A stretch of 32,000 bases of DNA, taken from contig NZ_PQWO01000017.1 in NCBI RefSeq assembly GCF_003231495.1, positions 60,001-92,000 on the forward strand. The letters are read 5' to 3'. The position numbers and the translations under genes are program-made. This document shows, piece by piece, positions 31,130 through 32,000 of this stretch. Within the stretch, counting starts at the first letter, position 1. Each line of letters starts with the position of its first letter. The notes below the pieces were generated by a model. It was not told where the DNA came from and ran no database searches. It saw nothing but the letters and a program-made list of their open reading frames with translations. This DNA comes from Acaryochloris thomasi RCC1774. Its GTDB lineage: Bacteria > Cyanobacteriota > Cyanobacteriia > Thermosynechococcales > Thermosynechococcaceae.

Positions 31130-32000
31130 TCACAACGAAAATTCATCAAATTTAAGGGCGGGCGCATCTGGCTTCTGAGTATCAAAGCGATAGCTGCTGA
31201 CGGTACCCGTTCCCGTATCGAGAATGGTGAAGACGGTGATGCTGTTACTAGCGATATAGGGTAGCGGTTGACCGGTCAGACCTTTCAGCGGAGCGATTGT
31301 CGGTACAACTGGCTCCAAACCGTTGGGGTTCCCCGTCGCCGCGTAGTTCTCTTGATAGGTAGCAGGGACAATACGGCTATGGTCTCTGACAGCAGCGCCA
31401 TAGGAGTTGCCGACATTTGACGTTTCTAAATAGTGAGTTCCGGTCTGGCTCACAAAGCGATTCCATAAATGACAGTGGCCGTAGAGGGCAAGCTGCACAC
31501 CCGCTTCTTCGAGCAGCGGCAAAATATCATGCATCAGATAATCTGCGTCCTGCGGATACTCGTAGCGAACCCTTCGAACTTGACCTGCCGCATCTCGATC
31601 AATCACCGGCACCGGATCTGTGTAGGCAGGCACGACATTTCCACCCAGTGAATGCACCGGATGATGCCACATGGCAACTTTATACTTGGCCTTCTGAAAG
31701 GCTTCACTTTTTAACTCTGTCTGCAGCCACTGATATTGAGGGCTGTTCGGCGCGATGGATTCAAAAATATGCTGACCGTGGCCCCACTGGTCTGGGTGTT
31801 GCAAATCTTGCTCTCTCTCCTGATACTTGCCTTTGGTCGAAGACGTGAGGGCCGGAGACCGAAAGACATTGGCAACGTAGAGAACAATCAGCCGCACATC
31901 CCCAAAGGTAACCGCGTAATACTTAGGGGCATCCACTGAGCCAAAGATTTCATCATAGGTAATTGTGTTGAAGCTCTGATCACGAAGCGAGTTTTGCTGC
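31130..32000 (-). CDS. Calcineurin-like metallophosphoesterase; C-terminal ~289 codons, gene continues past the right edge
   Basis: The track ORF 31130..31936 starts at an internal GTG. My translation shows the frame stays open to position 32000 (..QQNSLRDQSFNTITYDEIFGSVDAPKYYAVTFG..). Motifs MWHHPVHS and LYGHCHLWNRF (GHxH) match the family. Confidence 0.75.
   Translation of the reverse strand, partial: QQNSLRDQSFNTITYDEIFGSVDAPKYYAVTFGDVRLIVLYVANVFRSPALTSSTKGKYQEREQDLQHPDQWGHGQHIFESIAPNSPQYQWLQTELKSEAFQKAKYKVAMWHHPVHSLGGNVVPAYTDPVPVIDRDAAGQVRRVRYEYPQDADYLMHDILPLLEEAGVQLALYGHCHLWNRFVSQTGTHYLETSNVGNSYGAAVRDHSRIVPATYQENYAATGNPNGLEPVVPTIAPLKGLTGQPLPYIASNSITVFTILDTGTGTVSSYRFDTQKPDAPALKFDEFSL

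Noticed and set aside
1-32000. CRISPR arrays, rRNA genes, retron/DGR-type template-variable repeat pairs, toxin-antitoxin pairs, prophage blocks
   Set aside because: Reading both strands, I found no regularly spaced direct repeats, no long near-identical repeat pairs other than the IS copies, and no small adjacent two-gene cassettes with TA-like features.

Overview
Cyanobacterial chromosomal DNA. I located 18 copies of the HIP1 octamer GCGATCGC. The gene content is a typical cyanobacterial core: acpP-fabF-tkt, ftsQ-ftsZ, prs, ruvC, miaE, msrP, a crtD-like desaturase, desC, tRNA-Thr, and a futA-like iron-binding protein gene cut by the left edge. In total I call about 30 protein genes, one tRNA and two clear rho-independent terminators. 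Four regions are not ordinary. (i) 23.0-25.4 kb is an AT-rich insertion. It holds a complete but frameshifted IS6-family element and a directly repeated 289-bp remnant of a second copy. Between them lies one low-GC gene for a secreted, very His/Arg-rich protein of no family I recognise. (ii) 25.4-27.6 kb holds a 401-aa TetR-family regulator whose last ~185 aa read like a catalytically dead tyrosine-recombinase fold. It is divergent from a delta-9 desaturase gene. A 17-bp palindrome occurs twice in the shared intergenic region, 48 bp apart and over interdigitated candidate promoters, and a third time inside the regulator's own coding sequence. (iii) 1.1-3.9 kb holds a translationally coupled PKS-type ACP plus alpha-oxoamine synthase pair with no loading enzyme nearby. 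About 1 kb of frame-broken, coding-like fragments precedes it. (iv) 28.6-30.2 kb holds a BlaI/M56 (PetR/PetP-like) pair with a candidate operator and repeat motifs. I saw no CRISPR array, rRNA or prophage-like block. All functional calls rest on motif recognition by eye and hand translation. No database search or structure prediction was possible.
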